Virus record (IMG/VR): IMGVR_UViG_3300008262_000226
Coordinates: 1-64,000 of that record
Length of the DNA: 64,000 nt
Direction: 5' to 3' (one strand)
From: an uncultured virus (IMG/VR IMGVR_UViG_3300008262_000226)
Lineage: Duplodnaviria; Heunggongvirae; Uroviricota; Caudoviricetes
Below the pieces are notes generated by a model. That model was not told the DNA's origin and did no database searches. It saw only the letters and a list, made by a program, of their open reading frames with translations. Positions within the stretch are counted from its first letter, which is position 1; each line of letters begins with the position of its first letter. This document shows positions 30,542 to 41,535 of the stretch, piece by piece. A program made the translations under genes and the position numbers.

Positions 30542-30966
30542 CTCCTGATATCGAAGTAGAATGGAAGCAAGCTGATATGGTTGAGGTGACTCTCAATGAA
30601 CCTGATGATTTCCTCAAAGTTCGTGAGACCCTAACTCGTATCGGTGTCGCATCCCGTAAAGAAAAAAAGATTTACCAATCTTGTCATATCTTACACAAGC
30701 AAGGTAAGTATTATATTGTTCACTTCAAGGAGCTGTTTGCCCTTGATGGAAAGAATACCAATCTTTCTGTGAATGATGTTCAACGTAGAAACAGAATTAT
30801 TCAACTGTTATCCGATTGGGGATTGATTTCTGTTGTTAAAGCAGAAGCGATTGCTGATGTTGCTCCGTTGAATCAAATCAAAGTTCTTGCTTTCAAAGAG
30901 AAAGACGAATGGACGCTTGAAAGTAAATACAACATTGGTCGTAAGAAGACCGAGATAACCGAATAA
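30538..30966 (+). CDS. regA: translational repressor
   Basis: DDFLKVRETLTRIG, HILHKQGKYYIVHFKELF. Confidence 0.97.
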   Translation: MTPDIEVEWKQADMVEVTLNEPDDFLKVRETLTRIGVASRKEKKIYQSCHILHKQGKYYIVHFKELFALDGKNTNLSVNDVQRRNRIIQLLSDWGLISVVKAEAIADVAPLNQIKVLAFKEKDEWTLESKYNIGRKKTEITE

Positions 30967-31021
30967 TATTTGTAGGGAGTTCCACACTCCCTTTTTTAAT
31001 GCTTTCTGATATATAATAATG

Positions 31022-31076
31022 AAGACGCCTTCGGGGTCTTAATCAAACTCTCGCTTATTCAAGGAGAATTAAAATG
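31022..31076 (+). promoter_or_regulatory. ROSE-like RNA thermometer in the hsp20 leader
   Basis: UUCG hairpin, then CUCGCUU pairing with the SD AAGGAG with a bulged G. Confidence 0.55.
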
Positions 31077-31517
31077 ACAAATACTTATACTTGGGATGTT
31101 TATACTCCCTTCAACGTAGGATTGGAAAGCATTTTTAATAGACTAGATGCGATGTCTGGTCACAATACAAACTATCCTCCCTACAACATCATCAAACACG
31201 ATGGCGCTAACTACGAAATTGAAATCGCTCTGGCTGGATTTAAGTCAGACGAGATTGAAGTCTCTACAGAACAGAACATTCTCAGAGTTACCTCGAAAGT
31301 TGAGAAACGAGATACTGAAAGAGTGTATGTTCATAAAGGTCTATCAAGACGTTCCTTCACAAATTCGTGGCAACTCGCAGATGATGTCAGAGTATCCTCT
31401 GTAGATTTTTCTGATGGTCTATTAACCATTTCTTTGGAGAAGATCATTCCAGAACACCAGAAAAAAACAACTTATACTATTGGTGCTGGTAAACAGGAAC
31501 TTCTAACTGAAGGATAA
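31074..31517 (+). CDS. hsp20: small heat shock protein
   Basis: NYPPYNI, ALAGF, DGLLTI. Confidence 0.95.
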   Translation: MTNTYTWDVYTPFNVGLESIFNRLDAMSGHNTNYPPYNIIKHDGANYEIEIALAGFKSDEIEVSTEQNILRVTSKVEKRDTERVYVHKGLSRRSFTNSWQLADDVRVSSVDFSDGLLTISLEKIIPEHQKKTTYTIGAGKQELLTEG

Positions 31518-31629
31518 ATATTCATGGGGTAACCCAAATATCGTCGGCGCAGGGGCGGTGCTGGTCAGAATCAGCACTTGCCCCATTTTATTTTTTGTGG
31601 TATACTATAAAAACTCTAAGGAGCAAATT

Positions 31630-32010
31630 ATGATTCCGAAAATTTTGTTAATGAACAGCGGAGAAAGAATTATCGCTGGTCTAGCAGAACTTACCGATCC
31701 AGAAGGTAAAGCAATCTGTTTAGTTGCAAGATGCCCTTATCTTCTTGCTATGATGCCAACAGGTGATGTATCTCCAGATGGCAATCCCGCACAATTTAAT
31801 GTTAACTTTACCAAATGGATTCCTTATTCGTCAGATGATCAGTTTAAAATTCCATATAGTTCAGTTACTGCCATTGGCGAAGTAGATCCTGGAATTTTAG
31901 AAGTATATCTTGAAAAGTTTGGAGATAAATTAAATGACACAGACACCGTACAACCCAGTGATTCAAGTGATATTACTGAAGAATCAGGAGTATCTGATAG
32001 CGCAGATTGA
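31630..32010 (+). CDS. conserved hypothetical protein
   Basis: AAGGAG SD before ATG 31630. Confidence 0.7.
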   Translation: MIPKILLMNSGERIIAGLAELTDPEGKAICLVARCPYLLAMMPTGDVSPDGNPAQFNVNFTKWIPYSSDDQFKIPYSSVTAIGEVDPGILEVYLEKFGDKLNDTDTVQPSDSSDITEESGVSDSAD

Positions 32011-32323
32011 GGAGAGAGAGGAGAGCCCTGAATGCCTCTTAACTAATCCTTATAGAATAACTGATTTAACTTACTGGGATCATTCTAACGTTGATTACAA
32101 AAACGTTCGCAATCCTGATGCTCTTTTCATTGAGGAAAGCGAAGAAAAAGAAATCGACAAAGATGGTAATGAAGTGACAGTTATTCAATCAGATTATATT
32201 CTGTTGCAAAAGTTTCCCAAGTATACTAACCAAACTCAAATCTACATGCGAGCAGATGACATCCTGACCATTTGCGATCCGTCGTATTCTGTGCTAGAAT
32301 ACTACCAGAAGACCCTGGGTTGA
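31934..32323 (+). CDS. conserved hypothetical protein
   Basis: acidic ORF preceding gp43. Confidence 0.65.
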   Translation: MTQTPYNPVIQVILLKNQEYLIAQIEEREESPECLLTNPYRITDLTYWDHSNVDYKNVRNPDALFIEESEEKEIDKDGNEVTVIQSDYILLQKFPKYTNQTQIYMRADDILTICDPSYSVLEYYQKTLG

Positions 32324-32326
32324 CGC

Positions 32327-34693
32327 ATGAAGTTTTATACGAACATTGAACAGGCGGGGAATCGCATCCTCGTTCGTGGTTATGAGAAAGGTGAGCGAGT
32401 TCAGTATCGTGTAGATTATCAACCTAAACTGTACATCCCTTGCAATAAGCAAACGGATCATAAGAGCCTTGATGGGCGGTATCTTAAAGAGATCCGCCCT
32501 GGTTCTATTAATGATTGTCGCCAATATATCAATCAGTATGATGGTGTGGAGGGATTTGAAATTCATGGAAATACTAGATACTTGTATCAGTATATCAACG
32601 AAGCATATCCCGATGACGAAATTCGCTTCGACTCTTCTCTCATTCGCACATTTACTCTGGATATTGAAACTGGAGCAGAGAATGGTTTCCCTGATATTGA
32701 ATCAGCAGACCAAGAGATTCTGCTTATTTCTCTCCGTGATTCTTTTACAAACAGGATCACTGTCTGGGGATCAAAGAGTTTCAAGAATGAAGACCGACAG
32801 GTTGATTACATCCATTGTAACGATGAGACGAAACTCCTTTCGTGCTTCCTCAAATGGTGGCAGGAGAATACCCCCGACGTAATTACTGGTTGGAACGTTC
32901 AGCTATTCGATATGCCATACATCTGCCGACGTATGGATCGAGTGCTTGGGGAAGATCATACTAAACTTTTGTCGCCTTGGAAACTAATCTCATCGCGTGA
33001 GATTTTCATTAAAGGTCGCAAACAGATTGCATATGATATTCCTGGCATTGCCACGTTGGATTACCTTGAACTCTACAAGAAGTTTACATACACCAATCAA
33101 GAATCTTATCGTCTTGATCATATTGCTTTTGTAGAACTGGAAGAAAAGAAGCTCGACCACTCTGAGTTTGATACCTTCAAGGAGTTCTATACTAAAGACT
33201 GGAACAAGTTTGTGTTGTATAACATCCACGACGTTCGACTTGTTGATCGACTAGATGACAAGATGAAGTTGCTGGAACTTGCGTTCACTATGGCATATGA
33301 CGCCAAAGTAAACTACGAAGATGTTTACTCTCAGGTTCGCATGTGGGATAACATCATCTTCATCTATCTGGCAAAGATGGGTGTTGTCATTCCTCCTAAG
33401 AAAGATAGCGTGAAGGATGCTAAGTATGCTGGTGCATATGTTAAAGAACCTGTGCCTGGCATGTATGATTGGATTGTGAACTTTGACCTTAACTCACTGT
33501 ATCCACACCTCATCATGCAGTATAACCTGTCACCTGAGACCCTCCTGCCACGCCGTAGCAGCGTCAACGTAGACATGCTTCTGGAGAAGCAGTTCGATAC
33601 CAGCGACCTCGTAGGGGAGACCCTGTGCGCCAATGGCACCCATTACACAACCAAGTTTCAGGGGTTCCTCCCCAAGCTGATGGAGAAGATTTATGAAGAC
33701 CGCACCATTTACAAAAAGAAGATGATTGCTGCCAAGCAGCAATATGAAAAGACTCCAACGATTGAGTTGAAGAAAGAGATTGCCCGCTGTAATAACATTC
33801 AGATGGCGCGTAAGATTCAACTCAACTCTGCCTATGGTGCTATCGGTAACGAGCACTTCCGTTATTATAAACTTGAAATCGCTGAGGCAATTACTCTTTC
33901 TGGTCAGCTATCTATTCGCTGGATTGAGAAGAAGATGAATGCCTATCTTAATAAAGTTCTAAAGACACAGGATGTTGATTATGTTATTGCTTCAGATACT
34001 GATTCTATGTATCTTAATCTGGGTCCTCTGGTTGAGACTGTATACAAGGGAAGAGAGAAAACTGCTGAGAGCATTGTTACGTTCCTTGATAAGGTCGCTT
34101 CGCTGGAACTTGAGAAGTTTATTGAAAGTTCTTATCAAGAACTGGCCGACTACCTCAAAGCATACGACCAGAAAATGAAGATGAAGCGTGAGAACATTGC
34201 TGAGCGTGGTTTTTGGACTGCAAAGAAACGCTATGTTCTTAACGTTTGGGATAGCGAAGGTGTGCGTTATGCTAAACCGAAGATGAAAATCTGTGGTATG
34301 GAAACTGCACGTTCTTCCACTCCTGCTTACTACCGCGATAAACTAGAGCAGGCATATCGTATCATCGTAACCAAAACGAATGAAGATGTTCTTGACTTCA
34401 TTAATGAAATCAAGGAAGACACTAAGAAGCAAAATTATCTCAACATTGCATTCCCTCGCGGGTGTAATGGTCTGAAGAAGTATCGTAGTGCTGCTGACAT
34501 TTATCAGAAGGGCACACCAATTCAAGTGCGTGGTGCGTTGCTCTATAACTATTACATTCGTAAAAACAATTTGGAGCACAAGTATCCAATCATTCAGGAA
34601 GGTGAGAAGATTAAGTTCATCTATCTGAAGACACCAAATCCTATCCGCGAGAATGTTATTTCGTTCTTTCAACAACTGCCGAAGTTTTGTTGA
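32327..34693 (+). CDS. gp43: family B DNA polymerase, C-terminus apparently truncated
   Basis: DIET exonuclease motif, [25 protein letters not shown]; ends abruptly at LPKFC. Confidence 0.95.
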   Translation: MKFYTNIEQAGNRILVRGYEKGERVQYRVDYQPKLYIPCNKQTDHKSLDGRYLKEIRPGSINDCRQYINQYDGVEGFEIHGNTRYLYQYINEAYPDDEIRFDSSLIRTFTLDIETGAENGFPDIESADQEILLISLRDSFTNRITVWGSKSFKNEDRQVDYIHCNDETKLLSCFLKWWQENTPDVITGWNVQLFDMPYICRRMDRVLGEDHTKLLSPWKLISSREIFIKGRKQIAYDIPGIATLDYLELYKKFTYTNQESYRLDHIAFVELEEKKLDHSEFDTFKEFYTKDWNKFVLYNIHDVRLVDRLDDKMKLLELAFTMAYDAKVNYEDVYSQVRMWDNIIFIYLAKMGVVIPPKKDSVKDAKYAGAYVKEPVPGMYDWIVNFDLNSLYPHLIMQYNLSPETLLPRRSSVNVDMLLEKQFDTSDLVGETLCANGTHYTTKFQGFLPKLMEKIYEDRTIYKKKMIAAKQQYEKTPTIELKKEIARCNNIQMARKIQLNSAYGAIGNEHFRYYKLEIAEAITLSGQLSIRWIEKKMNAYLNKVLKTQDVDYVIASDTDSMYLNLGPLVETVYKGREKTAESIVTFLDKVASLELEKFIESSYQELADYLKAYDQKMKMKRENIAERGFWTAKKRYVLNVWDSEGVRYAKPKMKICGMETARSSTPAYYRDKLEQAYRIIVTKTNEDVLDFINEIKEDTKKQNYLNIAFPRGCNGLKKYRSAADIYQKGTPIQVRGALLYNYYIRKNNLEHKYPIIQEGEKIKFIYLKTPNPIRENVISFFQQLPKFC

Positions 34694-35624
34694 TACAGGG
34701 AGCTATATTCTCAATGCTCTCATTAGCGGGAGCATCTATGGGGGGTTACCCTCCAACAAAATCACCGCGCTTGCTGGAGAATCCTCTACTGGTAAAACAT
34801 TCTTTGCCCTCTCTATCGTCAAACATTTCTTAAATAGTAATCCTGAAGCACAGGTAATTTATTTTGAAACGGAATCTGCTGTCTCTAAAGACATGATGGT
34901 TTCGCGTGGGATCGATGTTAAACGTGTAGGTTTGGTTCCTGTTACTACTGTTCAAGAGTTTCGCACTCAGTCTATCAAAGTTGTAGATGAGTATATGAAA
35001 CTTAAGAAAGAGGATAGACCTCCGCTGCTTTTTGTGCTAGACTCTTTGGGGATGCTCTCCACCACGAAGGAGATTGACGATGCCACTGCTGGCAAGGAGA
35101 CACGCGATATGACTCGCGCCCAGGTTATTAAATCGATCTTTAGGATTTTGTCACTGAAACTTGGGCAAGCTAGTATTCCTCTAATCGTTACCAACCATAC
35201 ATATGAAGTGGTTGGTGCCTATGTGCCAACTAAAGAGATGGGTGGTGGCACTGGTCTGAAGTATGCAGCGTCAACTATTCTCTTCCTGTCTAAGAAGAAA
35301 GAGAAAGATGGCACTGAAGTTGTAGGTAACATTATTAAAGTGAAGGCACAGAAGTCTCGCTTTACCAAAGAAAACTCAGATATCGAGACGAGGTTATTCT
35401 ATGACGCACGGGGATTGGATAAGTATTATGGATTACTGGAGTTGGGTGAGAAATACGGAGTATTCCAACGTAAGGGGAATCGCGTGGTTGTTGGGGAATC
35501 TTCCGTTTATCCTTCTGTTATCCTTGCCGATCCTGAGAAGTATTTCACGCCAGAGATAATGCAAGCTTTAGATGAATGTGCCTGTAAAGAGTTTCTATAT
35601 GGAGTAGTGGATGGAGAGAATTGA
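34653..35624 (+). CDS. uvsX: RecA-like recombinase, N-terminus apparently missing (homology from about 34683)
   Basis: [31 protein letters not shown]. Confidence 0.9.
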   Translation: MLFRSFNNCRSFVDTGSYILNALISGSIYGGLPSNKITALAGESSTGKTFFALSIVKHFLNSNPEAQVIYFETESAVSKDMMVSRGIDVKRVGLVPVTTVQEFRTQSIKVVDEYMKLKKEDRPPLLFVLDSLGMLSTTKEIDDATAGKETRDMTRAQVIKSIFRILSLKLGQASIPLIVTNHTYEVVGAYVPTKEMGGGTGLKYAASTILFLSKKKEKDGTEVVGNIIKVKAQKSRFTKENSDIETRLFYDARGLDKYYGLLELGEKYGVFQRKGNRVVVGESSVYPSVILADPEKYFTPEIMQALDECACKEFLYGVVDGEN

Positions 35625-36993
35625 AACGACTATTTTACGCAACCTCCTGTGCAACGAACAGTTCTACAGGAAGGTTGTTCCTTTTGTAAAACCAGATTAC
35701 TTCAATGAGATTCATGAACGTGTAATCTATGAAGAGGTCTGGAACTTCGCAAGCACCTATGAGCTGGTGCCTACGAAAGAAGTATTAACTATCAACCTTG
35801 AAGCAAGAAAAGATTTAAATGAGGAAGTATATCAAAACGCAGTTAAAACAATTGCTGAGTTGTCTACCGATCCAATTGAATATAACTGGTTGCTCGACAC
35901 CACAGAGAAGTGGTGTAAAGACAGAGCAATCTACCTCGCCTTGCTTGAGTCAATCAAGGTCGCGGATGGAGGTAATCCAAAAATATCAAAGGATGCGATT
36001 CCAGCAATCCTTCAAGAGGCCCTGGCAGTATCGTTCGATGAACACGTAGGTCACGATTATCTAGAGAATAGTGTAGAACGATATGAGTTCTATCATCGTG
36101 AAGAAGATAAGATTCCATTTCACCTTGAATACTTCAATAAGATTACCAAAGGTGGTCTGCCAAACAAGACTCTTAACGTAGCTCTTGCTGGCACTGGTGT
36201 AGGTAAGTCACTCTTCATGTGTGACCTTGCCGCTCATTGTTTATCTATGGGTCGCAATGTTCTCTACATAACTATGGAGATGGCAGAAGAAAAGATTGCT
36301 GAACGTATTGATGCTAACCTGTTTAACGTCAATATCAAAGACCTTGTGGATTTGCCTGAGACAATCTTCCAAAGTCGCATCAATGAACTGAAGCGTAAAA
36401 CTCAGGGTCGTCTTATCATCAAAGAATATCCTACAGCATCAGCACATGTCGGTCACTTCAAATCTCTTCTTAACGAACTTCAACTCAAGAAGACGTTTAA
36501 ACCAGATATCGTCTTTATCGACTATCTTAACATCTGTGCTAGTGCGAGGTATAAAGGCGCTATCGTCAATTCCTATACTTATGTTAAAGCGATTGCTGAA
36601 GAACTACGCGGTCTTGCTGTGGAACACAATGTTCCTGTTGTCTCAGCGACGCAAACAACCCGTAGTGGTTTTGGCAATAGTGACGTGGATCTTACTGATA
36701 CTTCGGAATCCTTTGGTCTACCTGCTACTGCTGACTTCATGTTTGCTCTTATATCGACGGAAGATTTGGAGAAGGATGGTAAAATTATGGTCAAGCAATT
36801 GAAGAACAGATACAATGACCCTACTGCATATAAGAGATTTTTGGTTGGGGTTGACAGAGCAAGAATGAAGCTCTATAATGTTGATAACGCTGTTGACCTA
36901 TCCTCTGATAAAGAAGAGGAGTATGATTTCGAAGAGATGGCAGCACAACAAAGCAAAGATACTAAAAGCAAATTTACCAGTTTTATTTTATGA
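35611..36993 (+). CDS. gp41: replicative helicase
   Basis: [28 protein letters not shown]. Confidence 0.96.
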   Translation: MERIETTILRNLLCNEQFYRKVVPFVKPDYFNEIHERVIYEEVWNFASTYELVPTKEVLTINLEARKDLNEEVYQNAVKTIAELSTDPIEYNWLLDTTEKWCKDRAIYLALLESIKVADGGNPKISKDAIPAILQEALAVSFDEHVGHDYLENSVERYEFYHREEDKIPFHLEYFNKITKGGLPNKTLNVALAGTGVGKSLFMCDLAAHCLSMGRNVLYITMEMAEEKIAERIDANLFNVNIKDLVDLPETIFQSRINELKRKTQGRLIIKEYPTASAHVGHFKSLLNELQLKKTFKPDIVFIDYLNICASARYKGAIVNSYTYVKAIAEELRGLAVEHNVPVVSATQTTRSGFGNSDVDLTDTSESFGLPATADFMFALISTEDLEKDGKIMVKQLKNRYNDPTAYKRFLVGVDRARMKLYNVDNAVDLSSDKEEEYDFEEMAAQQSKDTKSKFTSFIL

Positions 36994-37394
36994 CAATTGA
37001 TTTTAATAAGTATGTTGAATTCGTTGGTTCTGTCACCAGCCCAGCGTCACGAGATACTGGAGAATTTATTCTTCGTATTAGTGATCTCAAATCTCAAGGT
37101 GTAGATATTCAACGTCTGATGACTGCTGCTTGTGGTATCACTGCCGAAGGCGGTGAGTTTACTGAGATTGTGAAAAAGATTGCTTTCCAAGGTAAACCTT
37201 ATAACGAAGATAATGTCTTCCATATGAAGCGTGAACTTGGAGATATTCTTTGGTATATTGCTCAAGCATGTATCGCACTTGATATTTCGTTTGAAGAAAT
37301 TGCTCAGATGAACTTTGAGAAACTGACTGCTCGATATCCAGAAGGAACTTTCAGTATTGAGCGAAGCGAAAAACGAGTTGCCAACGACGTATAA
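36990..37394 (+). CDS. mazG: MazG-like pyrophosphohydrolase
   Basis: AEGGEFTEIVKK, ELGDILWY. Confidence 0.92.
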   Translation: MTIDFNKYVEFVGSVTSPASRDTGEFILRISDLKSQGVDIQRLMTAACGITAEGGEFTEIVKKIAFQGKPYNEDNVFHMKRELGDILWYIAQACIALDISFEEIAQMNFEKLTARYPEGTFSIERSEKRVANDV

Positions 37395-37401
37395 ACTAAT
37401 C

Positions 37402-37434
37402 GCCTCTTCTAAATAATAGAAGGGGTATTTTTTT
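37402..37434 (+). terminator. intrinsic terminator containing late promoter CTAAATA
   Basis: gcctcttcta/tagaaggggt stem followed by a T-run. Confidence 0.65.
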
Positions 37435-37438
37435 AACT

Positions 37439-38695
37439 ATGGCTGGATTAACTTGGGGTCAGTTTAATAGAAGAGATAGATACAAAAGCAACTGGCGTGT
37501 AGTGTATGAACGCATGAAAAATAATTTACCATTCACTCTAGTTCAAAAAAGCACGACAGATTCTGAAGATGGTATACATGTATATTTTTCTAAAGTTGCT
37601 ATAAGTATCCCTGCTAAAGTTAATGGTAGATATAAGAAAGATAATATTTTTCTGGATTTAGAACCAAAAAGATTTTCTACCTTTGAAAATTTTTACCGAG
37701 AAGTTAAAAAAATTATTCCTGATAGTATGGTATCTGAAGGTGCGGGAGTTCCAATAACTTTAATATTTTTGCCATCAAGAAATTCCCCAATAAGAAATGG
37801 AACAAACACAAATCAGATATTGAAAGATTTGGATTTTGGTGGTAGACCTTTGAACGGTCAAGTTAGAAATATATTTTGGGGCAATCTAAAATATTATGTT
37901 GATAATGTAGATTCCACTTATAAGTTAAACTATCCAACCGCTACTGAAGCGGGGGAAGCAGATTTTATTAATACTTTCAATCAGGAACTGGATGCCATAC
38001 TTAAAAAAACAGGATTGTCGTCTATAGATTTAATGGTTGGTAATACAACTTTTGAAAATATTGTTGGTGTTAATAAAGTAGAAGGAACAGTTAAAGCAGA
38101 CCTAGCATTGGTTGCTTTAGAAAAAGGAAAGTTGAATGACGTTGGGTGGTTCTCACACAAGCAAGGTAATGTAGCATCTGATTTTCAACAATGGGGTGGT
38201 GTTACTCACTATGCTTCTGACAAACTTGGCGCTGATGAAACATTAGATAAGTTTCCTGAGATTAGAGCATTTGCAAAATATATGGCTTTTTGGTGTGGAA
38301 ATGGAATGCAGTATGATTTAAAAAGTTCTAATGGAGTTGGGTTTACTGCAGTGGCAGAGATAGAAGATAACGATTTAAAAATGGAATCTGTTTACGGCAA
38401 AAATTTTGGATCTTCTAAGTATGGAGTATCAAATTGTAATGGAGTATTACAGGGTTCTCCATCTATTAAAAAAGTGGGGAACAAATATAAATTAGAAATG
38501 TCGTCACATATTGTAATGAATCCAACCGCCATGACTGGCGGGTATGAACCTGTGTTGATGCTCATAAACAAGGGAGACAGGTCGCAGTATGGGATCCCAG
38601 GTGCTAGAATAGCGGTGCAGCCACGGGCGAGCAGGAAAGCAAAGTTCATCGTGTCTAAAGATCGCAACGGAAACTATCAGATGAATCCAGCATGA
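37439..38695 (+). CDS. putative PD-(D/E)xK-type nuclease
   Basis: KADLAL...FSHK...FQQWGG resembles a restriction-like nuclease core. Confidence 0.45.
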   Translation: MAGLTWGQFNRRDRYKSNWRVVYERMKNNLPFTLVQKSTTDSEDGIHVYFSKVAISIPAKVNGRYKKDNIFLDLEPKRFSTFENFYREVKKIIPDSMVSEGAGVPITLIFLPSRNSPIRNGTNTNQILKDLDFGGRPLNGQVRNIFWGNLKYYVDNVDSTYKLNYPTATEAGEADFINTFNQELDAILKKTGLSSIDLMVGNTTFENIVGVNKVEGTVKADLALVALEKGKLNDVGWFSHKQGNVASDFQQWGGVTHYASDKLGADETLDKFPEIRAFAKYMAFWCGNGMQYDLKSSNGVGFTAVAEIEDNDLKMESVYGKNFGSSKYGVSNCNGVLQGSPSIKKVGNKYKLEMSSHIVMNPTAMTGGYEPVLMLINKGDRSQYGIPGARIAVQPRASRKAKFIVSKDRNGNYQMNPA

Positions 38696-39765
38696 GCAAG
38701 AACACTCACCTCGAACACTTAGAAGACAGCATCTTGTTTGATGGCAAAGAAGGCGCTAATGATGCGTTTGCTTTTCTTGATGCTCTTACTAAAACTTTTA
38801 GCGGAACTCAAACCAGCAACTTTAAAATCACTACCAACTCTTCTGGTCTGGTAGAGAAACTTAAAGTAGCACTGGAACATTTTCCTAAGCTGGGAATCAA
38901 AGGAATCATTCAGGGAGACTTGTTGTTTACCGATGATGCTAAAGAAGAGAAGATTGATGGTGTAGATTATCTCACGTTTACTCCTAACACTATCACCTAT
39001 GCTATTCCGAAAGGAACTGACGCATACAAAAAAGCAAAGCGAGCCAAGATTGGTGTAGTGTTTCACACTCGCTACGTTGGTTCTAGCATTGCAACTTCTA
39101 ACGCTACGTTCGGTGTTGACATCAGTAAGTTTAATAATACTAATGATGTCTTTGTAATCAGTGCTGAGGTAGATACTCTTGGTAGTAATATGATTCTTAA
39201 TGCAACCGAGAAGAGAAATCTTAATAACATGAAGAGAACTGCTCCCGCTGCTCTTCGTAATGCTGGTGCGTTCTTGGATGAGATTTCGCAACAGATTAAC
39301 TCCAAAGATAATTTTAGTGTTGGAACTCGTCTTAAAACTTACTTCAACACTTATGTAAGAGAAGGTAAGCGTATCAGTAATGTTAATCGTTTTATCGATG
39401 ACTTCAAGAATGCTTATCATGAAACCATGATGAAGGAAGTTAACAAAGTGAAGCAGGAGAAGACCAAGGCTGCTAAACTGAAGAAACTCTATGATGGTAT
39501 CGAGTTTGTGGATTCCAACATCGCTGGATTCAAAGCAACGATTACTCTCTATGTTATTCTTCAGAATGCTAAAAATATGTTTGTGAAGAAACTGGAATCT
39601 GCTGATAGCACTCGCACGTTTCTTCGCACTGATGATGGATTCCGTGTTACTGCCCCTGAAGGATTTGTTGCTATTAAAGATGGAAATGCTACCAAGCTTG
39701 TTGATCGTCTTGAGTTTAGTTTGGCAAACTTTACTCTCGCAAAGAACTGGGTAAAGGGAAACTAA
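38692..39765 (+). CDS. DUF6267-like protein, apparent internal deletion near 38837
   Basis: KNTHLEHLED, QGDLLF, FTPNTITY, PEGFV, KLVDRLEFS. Confidence 0.75.
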   Translation: MSKNTHLEHLEDSILFDGKEGANDAFAFLDALTKTFSGTQTSNFKITTNSSGLVEKLKVALEHFPKLGIKGIIQGDLLFTDDAKEEKIDGVDYLTFTPNTITYAIPKGTDAYKKAKRAKIGVVFHTRYVGSSIATSNATFGVDISKFNNTNDVFVISAEVDTLGSNMILNATEKRNLNNMKRTAPAALRNAGAFLDEISQQINSKDNFSVGTRLKTYFNTYVREGKRISNVNRFIDDFKNAYHETMMKEVNKVKQEKTKAAKLKKLYDGIEFVDSNIAGFKATITLYVILQNAKNMFVKKLESADSTRTFLRTDDGFRVTAPEGFVAIKDGNATKLVDRLEFSLANFTLAKNWVKGN

Positions 39766-39777
39766 ATACTAATAAAA

Positions 39778-40332
39778 ATGTTTAAGAGAGTAGTCATTAC
39801 TTTCGGTCGCTTCAATCCTCCTACCATTGGTCATGAAAAACTCATTGATGCTGTAGCAAGAATTGCTGGAACCGATGACTATAAAATCTATACCAGTCAT
39901 ACCAAAGACAAGAAGAAGAATCCTCTATCTTCCGAACAGAAAGTAGGATACATGAAAAAGATGTTTCCGAAACATAAAAATAATATTATGCTTGATACTG
40001 ATCTGAAGACAATCATTAAAGTTCTTCAGAGTTTGCAGGGTGAATATTCGGATCTTACTCTTGTAGTTGGCAGTGATCGTGTGCAGGAAATGGATACTTT
40101 GATCCAACGTTATAATGGAACAGAGTATACATTTAGAACTCTTGAAACAAAATCTGCTGGCGAAAGAGATCCTGATGCTGACGGAGCAACTGGAATGTCT
40201 GCTAGTAAAATGAGAGAAGCAGCAACTAATGCAAACGTTGCTGAGTTTCGTAAAGGTATACCATCTACTTTAGACGATAAAGAAATGATGAAATTAATGA
40301 CAGACGTTAGAGAAGGGTTGGGTATTAAATGA
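39778..40332 (+). CDS. HxGH nucleotidyltransferase (cytidylyltransferase-like)
   Basis: FGRFNPPTIGH, KNPL, VGSDR, MSASKMR. Confidence 0.88.
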   Translation: MFKRVVITFGRFNPPTIGHEKLIDAVARIAGTDDYKIYTSHTKDKKKNPLSSEQKVGYMKKMFPKHKNNIMLDTDLKTIIKVLQSLQGEYSDLTLVVGSDRVQEMDTLIQRYNGTEYTFRTLETKSAGERDPDADGATGMSASKMREAATNANVAEFRKGIPSTLDDKEMMKLMTDVREGLGIK

Positions 40333-40616
40333 AATCACTTAAAGAACTGTTAGCACAATCAAAACAAAAATCTTATATGCTTGGCAATGTATTTGCTGAG
40401 GGTGATTGGATTCAAAATTCTAATGGTGAAGCGGGAAGAATTCATCGCCGTGGAGTCAATTATGTTATTGCTGTAACAGAAGAAGGTAAAATGTTTCGTG
40501 CTTGGGTGAAAGATATTAAAGAACATTGTGGGTGTGAAGATAAAAATATGACAGATAAGGAGAAAGTCAAGTCATTTATAAATAAAAATAAACGACAAAA
40601 GAACAATGACAATTGA
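40329..40616 (+). CDS. hypothetical SH3-like protein
   Basis: GRIHRRGVNYVI. Confidence 0.65.
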   Translation: MKSLKELLAQSKQKSYMLGNVFAEGDWIQNSNGEAGRIHRRGVNYVIAVTEEGKMFRAWVKDIKEHCGCEDKNMTDKEKVKSFINKNKRQKNNDN

Positions 40617-41331
40617 CGAGTTTTCAAAAAGTCTAATTCAAGCGGCAGTTGCTGAGTTAGATGAAGCATGGGAAAAGCCTGAGAAAGAAGAGAAGGGAGA
40701 GAAAAAGCATACTGAAGGCAAGGATGAAGAGAAAAAAGAATTAAAAAAAGAAGCAAGAGACATGCCTGGCAATCAAGAGAAGATTGATGCCAATAAGAAT
40801 GGTAAAGTAGATGCTCATGATTTTGCACTTCTTCGTGCTAGAAAGGGCAAGAAGTCAGTTAAGGAAATGTGGGAGAAGGCAGCAGAGGTTCAGGAAGGTT
40901 GGGCTAAAAAAAAAGCCGTAGATGAGGGCAAGAAAGTAGAAATCGAAATCATGCCTCAGGTTGATACTCCTAACGATCCAGAACCACCTACAGGAAAGAA
41001 AGCAAAGAAAGAAGTTAAGAAAGAAGAGTTTGCTGCTGAAGGTAAGAACAAGGAAGGTAAGGAGCAAGGTGCTGACGGCAAAGCTTGCTGGAAAGGATAT
41101 AAGTATGCTGGCACAGAGAATGGTAAAGACAAGTGTGTGAAGGCAGGATATGAAATGGAAGGTGGCGAAGAACTTCAAGAGAAGCGTCTTTCTGCTAAAG
41201 AAAAAGCAAAGAAAGAAAAGTTTGTTAAGGGCATGAAGAAGAAGTTCAGTTCTTTCAAGTCTAAGTATGGTGCTAAAGCAAAAGATGTGATGTATGGAAC
41301 TGCCACCTCGATGGCAAAGAAAGCAGCCTAA
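40606..41331 (+). CDS. Lys/Glu-rich modular protein, candidate internal head protein
   Basis: IDANKNGKVDAHDF, CWKGY and VMYGTAT modules. Confidence 0.65.
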   Translation: MTIDEFSKSLIQAAVAELDEAWEKPEKEEKGEKKHTEGKDEEKKELKKEARDMPGNQEKIDANKNGKVDAHDFALLRARKGKKSVKEMWEKAAEVQEGWAKKKAVDEGKKVEIEIMPQVDTPNDPEPPTGKKAKKEVKKEEFAAEGKNKEGKEQGADGKACWKGYKYAGTENGKDKCVKAGYEMEGGEELQEKRLSAKEKAKKEKFVKGMKKKFSSFKSKYGAKAKDVMYGTATSMAKKAA

Positions 41332-41361
41332 ATAAGCCGTCATCCATTCTCGGAGGTCATC

Positions 41362-41535
41362 ATGGGCGCAGTAGTAGCAGTAGTCAAACCACTACTTATT
41401 TCGATTGCGACTCACCCAGCGGTCAAGAATCTTGTTATTGAACTTCTAACAAAGTATGTGAAGTCAACAGATAATAGCATTGATGATGTCGTTCTTGAGT
41501 TGGTTAAAGATAAACTCTTTACACCACAAGCATGA
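41362..41535 (+). CDS. small protein (57 aa)
   Basis: GGAGG SD; MGAVVAVVKPLL...STDNSIDD; below the ORF track cutoff. Confidence 0.65.
   Translation: MGAVVAVVKPLLISIATHPAVKNLVIELLTKYVKSTDNSIDDVVLELVKDKLFTPQA

Noticed and set aside
34653..34693. Programmed frameshift fusing gp43 to UvsX
   Set aside because: No slippery heptamer or stimulatory structure, and conserved sequence is missing from both proteins, which fits a deletion better
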